Source: a virus (lineage: Duplodnaviria; Caudoviricetes). Taken from it: a stretch of 64,000 nt of DNA. The position numbers were made by a program, and so were the translations under genes. The notes beneath the pieces were generated by a model, which did no database searches, was not told where the DNA came from, and was given only the letters and a program-made list of their open reading frames with translations. Location of the stretch: IMG/VR virus record IMGVR_UViG_3300032050_000120, positions 451-64,450 of that record. One strand, 5' to 3'. Shown piece after piece: positions 27,389-37,030 of the stretch (the first letter of the stretch is position 1; each line of letters begins with the position of its first letter).

Positions 27389-27943
27389 TTAAAGCCCTTC
27401 GGAATTATGCTCTATTTTGTTTTTTTCCAAGTTTCTTTTGTAATCTTTTAGATCTGGGACAAACTGTACGTTATGTCCATTTTGTTGCATAAACTTCACA
27501 GGATTTTTAATTGTACTTTGTTTTTCTGGTTTCCCAGGGTTTTCAGAAAAAGATTCACCAGATGTTTCTATGTGTTTGAATCGTTCCTTTGGAAAAGATG
27601 ATACAATAGGTCTATGAGCTTTAATTTTTTCTTTATCTTTCTCATCAAAAGCTAATTGCGAGTTTCCGTCTTGATCATAGTGTTGAACAAAATTAGTACC
27701 TCTTGGCGATGCATACGGAGCAACGCTATGAGCGTCTGTGGCAAATACACCAGTTGATTTTTTCCAACCTTTCTTTGGTGTATCTTCTTTATTTAACAAA
27801 GCAGATTCAGTCCAATCTTTTTTATGATGATATGTATTCATATTAGAACTAAAATCCGATATCTTGGTATTATCAATTCTATGAACATGTTTATCATCTG
27901 AAAATTCTTCTTCGTTTAAGATAAAAGATTTAAATGATTTCAT
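27389..27943 (-). CDS. putative capsid-targeted protein (possible ADP-ribosyltransferase-like fold)
   Basis: MKSFKSFILNEE; YH...GVFAT...YA...GESFSE pattern; AT-rich. Confidence 0.55.
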   Translation of the reverse strand: MKSFKSFILNEEEFSDDKHVHRIDNTKISDFSSNMNTYHHKKDWTESALLNKEDTPKKGWKKSTGVFATDAHSVAPYASPRGTNFVQHYDQDGNSQLAFDEKDKEKIKAHRPIVSSFPKERFKHIETSGESFSENPGKPEKQSTIKNPVKFMQQNGHNVQFVPDLKDYKRNLEKNKIEHNSEGL

Positions 27944-27957
27944 TTGTTTTCCTTGTT

Positions 27958-28842
27958 TTATTTTTTGTAAGACCAACAGCTATGATCATCAATCAACTGA
28001 CGGTGCTGTATCCACTGTCGGAAGTTGCCAGACCACGCATTACCTTTATTGTCAAATCCAGTCGTTCCTTTCACCTGAATGTCACCAGCCATACCATAGG
28101 TCAGCGGTGTAGCTTGATGCTCGAATGGCGAAGCGTGAACTGGTTTTGATTCTACCAGACGCTTGAAGATATCACGAGCCTTTTCAAGCGAATCATCTAG
28201 TCTGCGGTACGATACCTGAGCGCAGCACGATGATGAAATAGCCAATGCGTCTTCTAGGCTTTCTTCCGTATTAGGCGACCAAAATCCACTTCTAAAATAT
28301 GGAACATGCCATGCTCCTGGATTTAGCTTGATGGGAACGGATTTTGTGTACTCTTCCCACATCACTCGCGCCAGTTCGTGAATCTCTGGTTGCGCGTCAG
28401 GATGATTGCGCAGCCAGAAGAAGTTGTCAAACTCCGTAGCAGTACAAACAACTTTGATCATAGTGAATGGTTCAAGGATGCGATTGACTAGCTGTTTGTG
28501 ATAGCCAGCAAACGCATAACGATTAGCGTATTCAACCGCAGACTTCATAGCCTGCAACCAAATCATCGTTCCTTCTTCTGCGCTTAGTTCTTCCTTCGCA
28601 CTCATTCCTGGCTGGTTCTTGCCCCAGTGAATAGGTTTGGCTGTATTGCTTTCTACCAAGTCAATCATCTTGCTGACTGGAATGGCACGGGAACTGGCTG
28701 CGTTGCGCGAGAACAGGCGATGCGTCATGAATTCAGCATGGATGAATCGCGGGTACTCAAGTTCAAATGTAGTTATACGAACATCATCTGGCGAGATCGA
28801 ATCCGCAATAATTGTTGCTGATATGTTTCCTTTGCCTACCAT
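27958..28842 (-). CDS. thyX: flavin-dependent thymidylate synthase
   Basis: EFMTHRLFSRNAASSRAIP, HKQLVNRILEPF, LRNHPDAQPEI and HASPFEHQA. Confidence 0.88.
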   Translation of the reverse strand: MVGKGNISATIIADSISPDDVRITTFELEYPRFIHAEFMTHRLFSRNAASSRAIPVSKMIDLVESNTAKPIHWGKNQPGMSAKEELSAEEGTMIWLQAMKSAVEYANRYAFAGYHKQLVNRILEPFTMIKVVCTATEFDNFFWLRNHPDAQPEIHELARVMWEEYTKSVPIKLNPGAWHVPYFRSGFWSPNTEESLEDALAISSSCCAQVSYRRLDDSLEKARDIFKRLVESKPVHASPFEHQATPLTYGMAGDIQVKGTTGFDNKGNAWSGNFRQWIQHRQLIDDHSCWSYKK

Positions 28843-29144
28843 TATGAAATAACCTTTGATGAAGGCATGATGATACCAGCACCAAAGATACGATCATATT
28901 GAGCCTTAAACTCTTCGGCTGGATCAATCACAAAGATGATGTGTTGATCATTGAAGCGGATTTCTTTTACTTCGGTATAGGATGGGTAAGGAACAAACCC
29001 AAATGTATTTTTGGTTGGGTCTGCTTTGCTAGGCAGCATTGCCAGCTGTACAGGGTTCTTCAAGTCCCACCAATCTCCTTTGTTTCCAACGACTTCAGCG
29101 ATGATATCTTCGCCAGTGATCAATCTAAATGCCTTGATTTCCAT
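28842..29144 (-). CDS. Sm-like conserved T4-like hypothetical protein
   Basis: FRLITGEDIIA...LKNPV. Confidence 0.65.
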   Translation of the reverse strand: MEIKAFRLITGEDIIAEVVGNKGDWWDLKNPVQLAMLPSKADPTKNTFGFVPYPSYTEVKEIRFNDQHIIFVIDPAEEFKAQYDRIFGAGIIMPSSKVIS

Positions 29145-30166
29145 TAACACCTCTTCCAATTATTTAACATTAATTTTGCTTGTAAACCTGAATAAGTACA
29201 GTCCTTAATCATTTGCTTGATTTGGTAAGGTTCTATACCGCCAAGGACCATATCATTAATATCTTTGTATTCCAAAGATGAATCCCAGATTACCACATTA
29301 TAACCCATATCGATGGATTTTTCAACCTTCTTCATGATCTCTTTGTTGCGTGGCTCGTTGTCATAAACCATAACAACATTGCCAGGTTTGATATTTAGCA
29401 GATCGATGTTTCCATCAGAACCAGCCATAGCCAACGAGTTGGAAATGAACATCGCATCAATCGGACCTTCAAAGATATACACAGGATTATCCACATCCAC
29501 CGTGTCGTAGTTAAACACTTTCGGGTGAGATGGATCGAGAATAATTGTAATGTAACGCACACCGTCTTTTGCGAAGGAACGACCTTGGAAACCAAACACC
29601 TTGTTGTTCTTATCAATAAATGGTATAATCAAACGTGGCTCATCATTCTCAATAACTGGGTACTTCCCTGGAACGAGATAATTGACAAACGCTTTGAATT
29701 TGGATGTATAAAAGAGCTTGGCGTGATAGGGGTTTGGTATCTTCCTGTTCACCACATACTGTTTCGCAGGGTGATCCCATTCAAGCTGAGAGATCTTTTT
29801 CAGCTTGCTCATCGGACCTTCCGTGACGAACTTAGGCTTCTCGAACACTGCGGTTTCAAGATTCTTCTTTAGTGGTTCTAGTTGCTGCTTTTCCATGAAG
29901 CGTTCAGTCATGTACTGCCCATGCAGACCAGGCTCAACCGTTTGAATGAACCGACTGAATCGCATGGATTGATTGCAGTTATGGCAATAGAAGAACAGGC
30001 TATCTTCTTTCTGGAGTAGATAACCTCTAGTCTTCGTTTTCTTCTTTTGGGAGTCACCGCACAAAGGACAACGGAATATTGCGGTGTATGGTTTCTGTTT
30101 GGTTACCTTGAATCGCGGTAACGCGAATGAAAGCATGTTAGCGTATTTAACGTCAAGCCAAAGCAT
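29144..30166 (-). CDS. 61: DNA primase (gp61)
   Basis: FRCPLCGDS, YCHNC, GFQGR, EGPIDAMF, DNEPRN and KDINDM. Confidence 0.95.
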   Translation of the reverse strand: MLWLDVKYANMLSFALPRFKVTKQKPYTAIFRCPLCGDSQKKKTKTRGYLLQKEDSLFFYCHNCNQSMRFSRFIQTVEPGLHGQYMTERFMEKQQLEPLKKNLETAVFEKPKFVTEGPMSKLKKISQLEWDHPAKQYVVNRKIPNPYHAKLFYTSKFKAFVNYLVPGKYPVIENDEPRLIIPFIDKNNKVFGFQGRSFAKDGVRYITIILDPSHPKVFNYDTVDVDNPVYIFEGPIDAMFISNSLAMAGSDGNIDLLNIKPGNVVMVYDNEPRNKEIMKKVEKSIDMGYNVVIWDSSLEYKDINDMVLGGIEPYQIKQMIKDCTYSGLQAKLMLNNWKRC

Positions 30167-30219
30167 AATATATTAATCAGAATGAGAACACCCCAATTAT
30201 ACCAGGATTTTGGGCTTTG

Positions 30220-30600
30220 TCAAGCCCCAAAACCCAATATTTTAAATATATCAGCAACCCCAAGCAGATACCCAATAACGGTTGCAGCACCCATAATCAT
30301 CCAGACTTTCTTGGACATACCATCAAGTTTCTGATCTATCTTATCAAAACGATCATCAAACTCTTGTTTTAGTTCAGACTTAACCGCATCCAATTTATTT
30401 GTTCTGTTATCCATAACTGAATACAAGTCCTCTATCCCATCTTCCAGGAATGAAATGCGTTGTTCTTGAAGAACAGTAACTTCACGCATCGCTGTTAGTA
30501 CGTCCGATAATTTGTCTATTGCTTTGTCTAATCTTTGAAATATCTCGTTTCCGTTTTCTAGGTCTTTTTTGATCAGGGCGATTTCTGTATCAACATTCAT
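30220..30600 (-). CDS. coiled-coil protein with C-terminal TM (holin-associated?)
   Basis: heptad-rich; hydrophobic C-terminus. Confidence 0.55.
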   Translation of the reverse strand: MNVDTEIALIKKDLENGNEIFQRLDKAIDKLSDVLTAMREVTVLQEQRISFLEDGIEDLYSVMDNRTNKLDAVKSELKQEFDDRFDKIDQKLDGMSKKVWMIMGAATVIGYLLGVADIFKILGFGA

Positions 30601-30863
30601 TTTTTATCACCCTCTTCAACTTGCTTGGGTTTAGGCTCAGAATTGGCTTTCATGCCAAGAGCAGCACCACCAGCAGCCAGAACGATACCAAGACCAGTAG
30701 CCCAATCCATAGGTACGAATTTACCACCCATGCTAATATCATACACGGATAAACCAAAATAGAAAAAGGTACCTATAGTCCACAGAATACGACCAATGTC
30801 AAGGGACTTGTTATCAGCACCAGTAAATGCGTTGAATAGTAATTCTCGTATGCGTTTAAACAT
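30597..30863 (-). CDS. two-TM membrane protein, holin candidate
   Basis: two hydrophobic segments; late promoter CTAAATA at ~30921-30927 (-); next to spanins. Confidence 0.5.
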   Translation of the reverse strand: MFKRIRELLFNAFTGADNKSLDIGRILWTIGTFFYFGLSVYDISMGGKFVPMDWATGLGIVLAAGGAALGMKANSEPKPKQVEEGDKK

Positions 30864-30931
30864 ATGACCCCCGTTTGTGGATCATAATGTAGTCAAAATC
30901 TTTATGTAAATCAATCGATATATTTAGCGTT

Positions 30932-31198
30932 TTATTTCTTTTGAGCTTGTTGTTCTTTGATGAAGCGAACAAGCTCGTTGTGAATCGTTGCACAGTCAGC
31001 GTACTGTTTATTCAATTCACTTTTAGCCAAATAATAATCCTTTAGAGGGACACCATTAGCCTGGGCATCGACCACAAGCTTTTGGATTTCAGGACACTCA
31101 ATGAGAGTGTTGGCTGGATAATCAGGCATGTCTACCTTTGTCTGGCAAGACGCACCACTGAGCATTAAAAGGACTGGAATAGCGTAAAAAATTTTCAT
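30932..31198 (-). CDS. o-spanin-like lipoprotein
   Basis: lipobox SGASC; Pro-containing; YADCA..HN.L C-terminus. Confidence 0.7.
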   Translation of the reverse strand: MKIFYAIPVLLMLSGASCQTKVDMPDYPANTLIECPEIQKLVVDAQANGVPLKDYYLAKSELNKQYADCATIHNELVRFIKEQQAQKK

Positions 31199-31199
31199 A

Positions 31200-31613
31200 T
31201 TAAAAATCTCTAGATTTCTTTAATTCGTCTGGGTCTTTTATTTTAGCATTTTCAAGATCATCATGACTAATAGTATGTGTTTTGATTGTTTCAGCACCAG
31301 CCCAATGTTGTTTTGCTACTCTATGAGAACCATCTATTATCCAACCATCTGGGTGTAACAGTACAGGATGTTGTGTATCAGCTCTCATTGTTCTTTCTTT
31401 AAAAGAATCACTAGGATTTTTTAAATTATCAGAAAAATTGCCTTCTTTTGTACCTAAATCCGAATTATTACTTATAACTTGGTGAATTGGTGTATCATTT
31501 GGTTTTCTTTTTGAAACAGCTTGAACTAATTTATTAATACTATAATGATTATCACCATCGCTATATGTACCTGGTACAAATGCTTCTTTAATAAACATCT
31601 TAAATGATTTCAT
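31200..31613 (-). CDS. ParB/Srx-like protein with capsid-targeting-like N-terminus
   Basis: MKSFKMFIKEA; PVLL...IIDGSHRVAK. Confidence 0.7.
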   Translation of the reverse strand: MKSFKMFIKEAFVPGTYSDGDNHYSINKLVQAVSKRKPNDTPIHQVISNNSDLGTKEGNFSDNLKNPSDSFKERTMRADTQHPVLLHPDGWIIDGSHRVAKQHWAGAETIKTHTISHDDLENAKIKDPDELKKSRDF

Positions 31614-31614
31614 A

Positions 31615-31977
31615 TTAGTCATTTCTAATTTGTTTGTTGAAACCATCAATTTGATCGTTTTGAATAATAATACCAGACTCTGGGATAATGCAAAGTTCGT
31701 AGACTGGCTTCTCAACTTCTCTGTATTGCTTTTCTATTGTCTTGGTGTGAATAACATCATTCTTACCAACAGACGCAAGAACCTTTTCAGATAATTCGTT
31801 ATATTTTTTCTCGGCTTCTTTACGAGCCTCTACCTGAGCTTTAAGCTCTCTGGATCCAGCAGCCTCAACAAATGTTGATTTCAGTTTGTATCCCGAAAAA
31901 AAACTTATCCCCATCAGGATGAAGAAAGTGATTATTTTGATCTGTAGTGCATATAGCTTATAATATTCAAGAATCAT
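31615..31977 (-). CDS. i-spanin-like protein
   Basis: N-terminal TM, coiled coil, EKPVYELCIIPESG C-terminus. Confidence 0.65.
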   Translation of the reverse strand: MILEYYKLYALQIKIITFFILMGISFFSGYKLKSTFVEAAGSRELKAQVEARKEAEKKYNELSEKVLASVGKNDVIHTKTIEKQYREVEKPVYELCIIPESGIIIQNDQIDGFNKQIRND

Positions 31978-32159
31978 CTCATGTACCCAAAGCCTATCAG
32001 CTTTCGTCCTTTTTTGTTTTTTCTTTTGTGCTTTTTGTGTGCTCTTGGTGGAACTCCTGGTTCACCATCAGGACCGACACCAACACCAGCGATATTACCA
32101 GACCCAACAGCATTGGCAGCTACACCCTCTTCATTAATTATTTGTCTTAACGTCTTCAT
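31974..32159 (-). CDS. small putative internal head protein
   Basis: MKTLRQIINEE; ANAVGSGNIAG...EPGV conserved T4-like motif. Confidence 0.65.
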   Translation of the reverse strand: MKTLRQIINEEGVAANAVGSGNIAGVGVGPDGEPGVPPRAHKKHKRKNKKGRKLIGFGYMR

Positions 32160-32545
32160 ATTTGGCTTAGGTTTGCCTCTATTACTGGATCTGAAATGAT
32201 CTCGTTTGTTTTAATATTCTTTCCTCGAACCTGGTATACAACTTCTGGTAGCATTCCAAGATATTCAAGAAAAGGTTTCAACATAGTATCATATTCACCA
32301 AACTTCAAAAACAACATCCTGGCAGTAGCTTCTGGTCCAAACACATTACTGATTAAAATAATATGATTTAGGATCAGCTTTTCTTTCAGTATGTCATAAT
32401 CCTTATATCTTTTAAACAATCTTTTTATGTACTTGAATGTCAGCAAATCTTGATGAAATTCATCCATACTAAAACACTGCGGATTATCATAATGTTTTGC
32501 AGCATAAAGTAAAAAATTACTATCAGTCAAGTTATCAAATTTCAT
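32156..32545 (-). CDS. conserved T4-like hypothetical protein
   Basis: NFLLYAAKHYDNPQC...LILNHII...NVFG. Confidence 0.75.
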   Translation of the reverse strand: MKFDNLTDSNFLLYAAKHYDNPQCFSMDEFHQDLLTFKYIKRLFKRYKDYDILKEKLILNHIILISNVFGPEATARMLFLKFGEYDTMLKPFLEYLGMLPEVVYQVRGKNIKTNEIISDPVIEANLSQI

Positions 32546-32548
32546 AGT

Positions 32549-32875
32549 TTAGAATGCGGAAAGTGACACTCTCTTTAGAACATTATTAGAAGTTGCGATA
32601 TAAAGATAGTCTGAATCATAGAAAAACGTACCCTGCGTAACAGTAATTGTACTGTTAGCAGGGGTTTGTTTTCTACGAACAACTACTGTATTAGCCGATA
32701 GAACCGCAGCGTTTGACAATGTTAAATTAGAACTGCAATTGGTAAACAGGTTTGAAACTGTTACCTTTCTTGAGGCTGGTGTACCAGAAGGATCATCTAC
32801 AATGTATAGAAGATCCTCTCCAGCTGGAGCCGTAAGCGCAGTTAGCTCAGAAACCTTTTTGGCTCTATCGCTCAT
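32549..32875 (-). CDS. virion structural protein (fibre-associated)
   Basis: KKVSELTAL...DLLYIVD; YDSDYLYIA...KRVSLS. Confidence 0.6.
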   Translation of the reverse strand: MSDRAKKVSELTALTAPAGEDLLYIVDDPSGTPASRKVTVSNLFTNCSSNLTLSNAAVLSANTVVVRRKQTPANSTITVTQGTFFYDSDYLYIATSNNVLKRVSLSAF

Positions 32876-32878
32876 TTA

Positions 32879-33718
32879 TTAAGCGTCCTTGATGTAGGTA
32901 TCGTCAGATGCGTCAGTTGTTGGACCGTTCAGTGTAGCAAGAACTTCGTATTGAACACGACCAGCGCGACCACCAGTACCTTCAGTACGGATAACCCAAC
33001 CAGTATGTGCAACTTTGTCTTTTAGACCGCTGACAACAGCAACAGCGGTTGCGGTTTCACCACGTAGGCTGTGACCAGCTTCATCAGCGACAACGATTTC
33101 CAAGTTAGCAGCAGTGCCACCTTTGGTCGAAGATATCTTAACAGCAGTTGTGTTTGCTGCAACGATATAATACTGACTACCTGAAGCCAATGGCGACAGA
33201 GCAGTATTACCAGCAGCAACACTGTAAGTGACATAATCGCCAACACGGAAAATGCTGTTTGCAGTTGAGATCAGAATAGCATCTGCTGCTGCGTCAACAC
33301 CCTGGGTGTTTGCATTAAACGACTTAACAGCTGGCGCAGCGATAGAGACCGATGGGCTTGTGGTCAAGCCTGTGGTGGCTACGTTGATGGTCAGAGCCGA
33401 AACCTTACCAGAGTTGTTGACAGTCGAGTTGGCAACAGTGACGTTAGCAGCACCAGCAATGGTGACAGTAACGACTGCGTTGGCAGAGTAACCTGAACCT
33501 GGGCTAGTAACGGTATAGCTAACAACAGCACCGTTGGAAACCCCAATTTCGGTTGAGTCTACGCCAAATTGACCGACCTTCATGCCAGTGACAAAAGAGT
33601 TGAGAGTTGTGTTACCAAACAGATCAGTCTGATTACCTGTGTTTGGTGTCTTGTTGAATTGGGCTGCTGCGAAAATGCAAGAGTTCGAAGCGGTGTCTGT
33701 GTTACCCCATAGAGCCAT
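32879..33718 (-). CDS. virion structural protein
   Basis: MALWGNTD...HTGWV...GRAGRVQYEVL; Ala/Thr/Ser-rich. Confidence 0.7.
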   Translation of the reverse strand: MALWGNTDTASNSCIFAAAQFNKTPNTGNQTDLFGNTTLNSFVTGMKVGQFGVDSTEIGVSNGAVVSYTVTSPGSGYSANAVVTVTIAGAANVTVANSTVNNSGKVSALTINVATTGLTTSPSVSIAAPAVKSFNANTQGVDAAADAILISTANSIFRVGDYVTYSVAAGNTALSPLASGSQYYIVAANTTAVKISSTKGGTAANLEIVVADEAGHSLRGETATAVAVVSGLKDKVAHTGWVIRTEGTGGRAGRVQYEVLATLNGPTTDASDDTYIKDA

Positions 33719-33730
33719 GTTGTATTACTC

Positions 33731-33973
33731 CTATTTTAAAAAATGTTCTGTGTATTTAGACGGTTTTGAAACGTCAAGTTTATCCGAATACACAGTATTT
33801 ATAATTTTCTGCTTCACTAAAGGTTTCACGACCTGTTTTGGTGGTTCTACGACAGGATCTTCCTTTTTTCTCAAGTCAGAAAGCGATTTTACTTGTTCAC
33901 GAACTGGTTCAACTCGTGGGTTTAGCACGGGTGCGTTTTTACCAATAATAGTCACTTTAGCGTTTATTGCCAT
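33731..33973 (-). CDS. hypothetical protein
   Basis: ORF in late operon. Confidence 0.5.
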   Translation of the reverse strand: MAINAKVTIIGKNAPVLNPRVEPVREQVKSLSDLRKKEDPVVEPPKQVVKPLVKQKIINTVYSDKLDVSKPSKYTEHFLK

Positions 33974-33976
33974 TTC

Positions 33977-35536
33977 TTATCTCTTCAGTTTACCCTTCTT
34001 CAGAACCTTGCGGATCAATTTACGAAGACGCTTGGTGTTATCGGATGTTGCTGTTCTTTCACCTGGCATAACGTCCTGGTGTCTGCGGATAAGGCGAACC
34101 TTCATCTTACCAACAACCTCGCCACGCTTTGGTGGGGCGCGATAGACTACGGGCTTACGGGTGGCATCTGGCATATAGGCTTCGTCCAGTTTCTTGAACT
34201 TGGAATTAGCCGATCTTTCTGGGCTGCTGTGATACCACTTTTTCACATCTGGATCCCAACGCATACCCTCTTCTTTTGCAGCGTCTTTTTGCTGAAAAGA
34301 AACAGCGTGATAAATCTTCTCTGTGGATCTTGGTAGAGCTTTTCTTCTACCGTTATCCTTGTAGCCATAACCATACTGTTTGTTTGGATAGACTCTTTCG
34401 TTTTCGCCAGTCTTAGGGTTTACTCTGTAACCATCACCACGCTCATCAACACCCTCATCGGATGCACCGCCGATCCAACCAACGCCTGGAGACCAAGTTG
34501 CGCCTTCTTCGATATCAACAGATTCATACTGCATGAAACGGATGCTTCCAGCACCACGCTCACGAAGCTGTCTCATGACTCGTGCTTTGGCGAAGGTATC
34601 TTTACCCTTATAACGATAGACGTTTGTCTTCTCGGAACCATTGATAATATACATTACTTTGAACTTTTTAAATCTTTCTTCTTCTTCCGAAATATATTCC
34701 TCACGAACACCAGTACCTGTAATGTTTGTTCTTAAATCTCTACCACGAGCACGACCACCAAAACCAAATGGTATTTTTGGTGGTACTACTGGTGGTGGTT
34801 TTGTTCCTGTTGGTGTTTTTGGTGGTGCTGGTGGTTTTATATCTGTTTTAGTTTGTGTTACGACCTTTGTTGAAGTTTGTGGTACAACTACTATTTTAGT
34901 TTGTGGAACAGGCAGTGTTTTAGTTTGTGGTACGACTTCTGGTTTAACCAGTGGATTAGTTTTTGGCACAACCAGTGGTTTAGTTTCTGGTTTAACTTCT
35001 GGTTTAACCAGTGGTTTAGTTTCTGGTTTAACTTCTGGTTTAACCAGTGGTTTAGTTTCTGGTTTAACTTCTGGTTTAACCAGTGGATCAGTTTTTGGCA
35101 CAACCAGTGGGTAAGTTTTTGGTTCAACAAATGGTTTAACTTCTGGTTTAACTGGCTCTTTAAATGGTCTTTGATCTGGAGCTGGTTTTGCTGGCGATGG
35201 CTTTACTTGTGGTGCAAACAATTTTCTCATGTCATCTGAAATTGATTGTCTACCCAGATTAAATTTATAGTGTGCAAGTTGTTCTGGATTCAATGCTTTT
35301 TCATTTTGTTTTAACCACTGTGCAGCAGCATCAAGTTCAGCTTGACTTGCTTTTGGTGGGTTAATACCAATAGAACGAAAAAGATCATCTATAGGATTTT
35401 TAATAGCTTTTTCTAAAGCATCATCAACACCCTTAGAAATGCCTTTTGGTATAGGCGCAGCTTTTAAAACATCTCCTTTGCCTTCTTTAATATTTCTTTT
35501 TTTAAGAAGCGCTTTTATGATATCTAGTTTAGACAT
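33977..35536 (-). CDS. multi-module polyprotein with Pro/Lys/Val repeats and DUF5710-like domain
   Basis: IKEG/VREE/ISEE/IEEG/LDEA junctions; VSFQQKDAAKEEGMRWDPDVKKWY. Confidence 0.6.
   Translation of the reverse strand: MSKLDIIKALLKKRNIKEGKGDVLKAAPIPKGISKGVDDALEKAIKNPIDDLFRSIGINPPKASQAELDAAAQWLKQNEKALNPEQLAHYKFNLGRQSISDDMRKLFAPQVKPSPAKPAPDQRPFKEPVKPEVKPFVEPKTYPLVVPKTDPLVKPEVKPETKPLVKPEVKPETKPLVKPEVKPETKPLVVPKTNPLVKPEVVPQTKTLPVPQTKIVVVPQTSTKVVTQTKTDIKPPAPPKTPTGTKPPPVVPPKIPFGFGGRARGRDLRTNITGTGVREEYISEEEERFKKFKVMYIINGSEKTNVYRYKGKDTFAKARVMRQLRERGAGSIRFMQYESVDIEEGATWSPGVGWIGGASDEGVDERGDGYRVNPKTGENERVYPNKQYGYGYKDNGRRKALPRSTEKIYHAVSFQQKDAAKEEGMRWDPDVKKWYHSSPERSANSKFKKLDEAYMPDATRKPVVYRAPPKRGEVVGKMKVRLIRRHQDVMPGERTATSDNTKRLRKLIRKVLKKGKLKR
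34890..35150 (-). repeat. 36-bp coding tandem repeat (VKPEVKPETKPL) and variants
   Basis: CCAGTGGTTTAGTTTCTGGTTTAACTTCTGGTTTAA x3 from 34972. Confidence 0.9.
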
Positions 35537-35537
35537 A

Positions 35538-36119
35538 TCAATCCCCGTCAATTATTTTTAGTTTACGTTGAGCTTTAAGACTTCTGGACATTAAGTACCC
35601 TTTGACATTATCAATATCACGATCAGTGTCAGGATTAGTCAGAGACTTTGGTGGTGTCTTAAAGCGATTATCATTGACACCATCAAATGTGGTGTCAAAT
35701 GTTGGTTCTGCTACTTTTGATTTGATGAAATCAAGATGTTTTGCCAGGTAAGAGTGTTCTTTTCCAAGACCAATCTTATCAGCATATTTCATAGCACGGT
35801 CATACATCAGCTGAGCTTGCTTAGCATCAGAAGCGTCTGCTTTCTGGGTCAGAACAACTTGCTTCTCAAGAGCAAACAATTGATCTTGAAATCTCGCTGC
35901 ATTCTCAGCAGCATTAACATCCAGACTTTTATCTAGAGCAGAATAAAGCTTCTGTGCTGGTGGTGACATATCAAAGTTTCTTGTCACGAAAGACCCAACA
36001 ACGATCTGATCGTCTGGATCGTTCTCAACATTCTGATCGCCAATCTTATAATTGACAATCTTTTCACCAATCATCATTTTTTTGATTCTGGTTTCTAAAG
36101 ACTCGTACTTATTGTTCAT
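35538..36119 (-). CDS. hypothetical late protein
   Basis: YESLETRIKKMMIGE N-terminus; in late operon. Confidence 0.6.
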   Translation of the reverse strand: MNNKYESLETRIKKMMIGEKIVNYKIGDQNVENDPDDQIVVGSFVTRNFDMSPPAQKLYSALDKSLDVNAAENAARFQDQLFALEKQVVLTQKADASDAKQAQLMYDRAMKYADKIGLGKEHSYLAKHLDFIKSKVAEPTFDTTFDGVNDNRFKTPPKSLTNPDTDRDIDNVKGYLMSRSLKAQRKLKIIDGD

Positions 36120-36553
36120 TGTCTACCTTTTAAAAACGAAGAGATCATCCAGGCGTGTTTTGCATGTGCTGTCAGACGATCTTGAATTACATTTGAAATT
36201 GCAAAGTTTTTGTCTTGCTCTGCATAGTTGTATGCTATTGTTAAAGATCCAATCACTTTGGCATTGTCAAGAAGCAGTGTTTTCAGCATTTCAGCAACAG
36301 GGATAATTCTGTCTTCATCTTCAATTATGGTAAGCTCTCTCAAACGTGAAAGAGAACCTGGAGAATATGCACCAGTAGTTCTGATCAATTCTGCTATCAA
36401 ATCAACAGCCCCTTGGGTCTCTTCGTAAAGTTCGCCAAAGAACGCATGAAACTCATGAAAGTCTGCACCTTCTACATTCCAATGAAAACCCTGCGCCTTC
36501 ACATAGAATGCAAAGGTGTCGGCTAGGGCTGATTTTAGACTTTCAATTAACAT
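36116..36553 (-). CDS. dps: Dps/ferritin-like DNA protection protein
   Basis: HWNVEG.DF.EFH.FF.ELYE...DLIAE; HAKHAWMI. Confidence 0.88.
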   Translation of the reverse strand: MLIESLKSALADTFAFYVKAQGFHWNVEGADFHEFHAFFGELYEETQGAVDLIAELIRTTGAYSPGSLSRLRELTIIEDEDRIIPVAEMLKTLLLDNAKVIGSLTIAYNYAEQDKNFAISNVIQDRLTAHAKHAWMISSFLKGRQ

Positions 36554-36703
36554 AATTATCCTCTTATGTAGCTATTTATGCTTACGCCACTTGCCAATAT
36601 TTGTTATCTCTATAGTCCTCTGGGATCGGATTCATAGCCTCAAGCACATTAGCACCCCCACCACCACTAGATGTAATTTTTAAATTGGTATATGTTACTG
36701 TCA

Positions 36704-37030
36704 TTATTCCACTCGATATCCAGCGTTGCTTTCCACCAAAGCTTCTTCAAACGCTTTTTTGAAAGCAAGCATAATTAAACCACCAGGAACATCAATAAAC
36801 ACACCTGGCTCCACTTCCACATTATACACCTTGCTCACCATGCTGTCGAGGGCTACGGTGAAGTTACCGAAGGGTACTGATTTGACGAATTCTTCATTAA
36901 CAAACAACAACTCTTCTACTTTATATGTAAGAGTACCAGAGTTTGAAATTGGATCCCAATCAATTATAGTGGTGGGAGAAACAAGTTCTCTTTTTACTGA
37001 CGCATTTTCTGTGTTGATTATTCTTGCCAT
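36704..37030 (-). CDS. hypothetical protein
   Basis: 108 aa ORF with GAGG RBS. Confidence 0.55.
   Translation of the reverse strand: MARIINTENASVKRELVSPTTIIDWDPISNSGTLTYKVEELLFVNEEFVKSVPFGNFTVALDSMVSKVYNVEVEPGVFIDVPGGLIMLAFKKAFEEALVESNAGYRVE

Noticed and set aside
34890-35150. 36-bp repeats resembling a CRISPR array
   Set aside because: The repeats are contiguous with no unique spacers and are in frame within a CDS.
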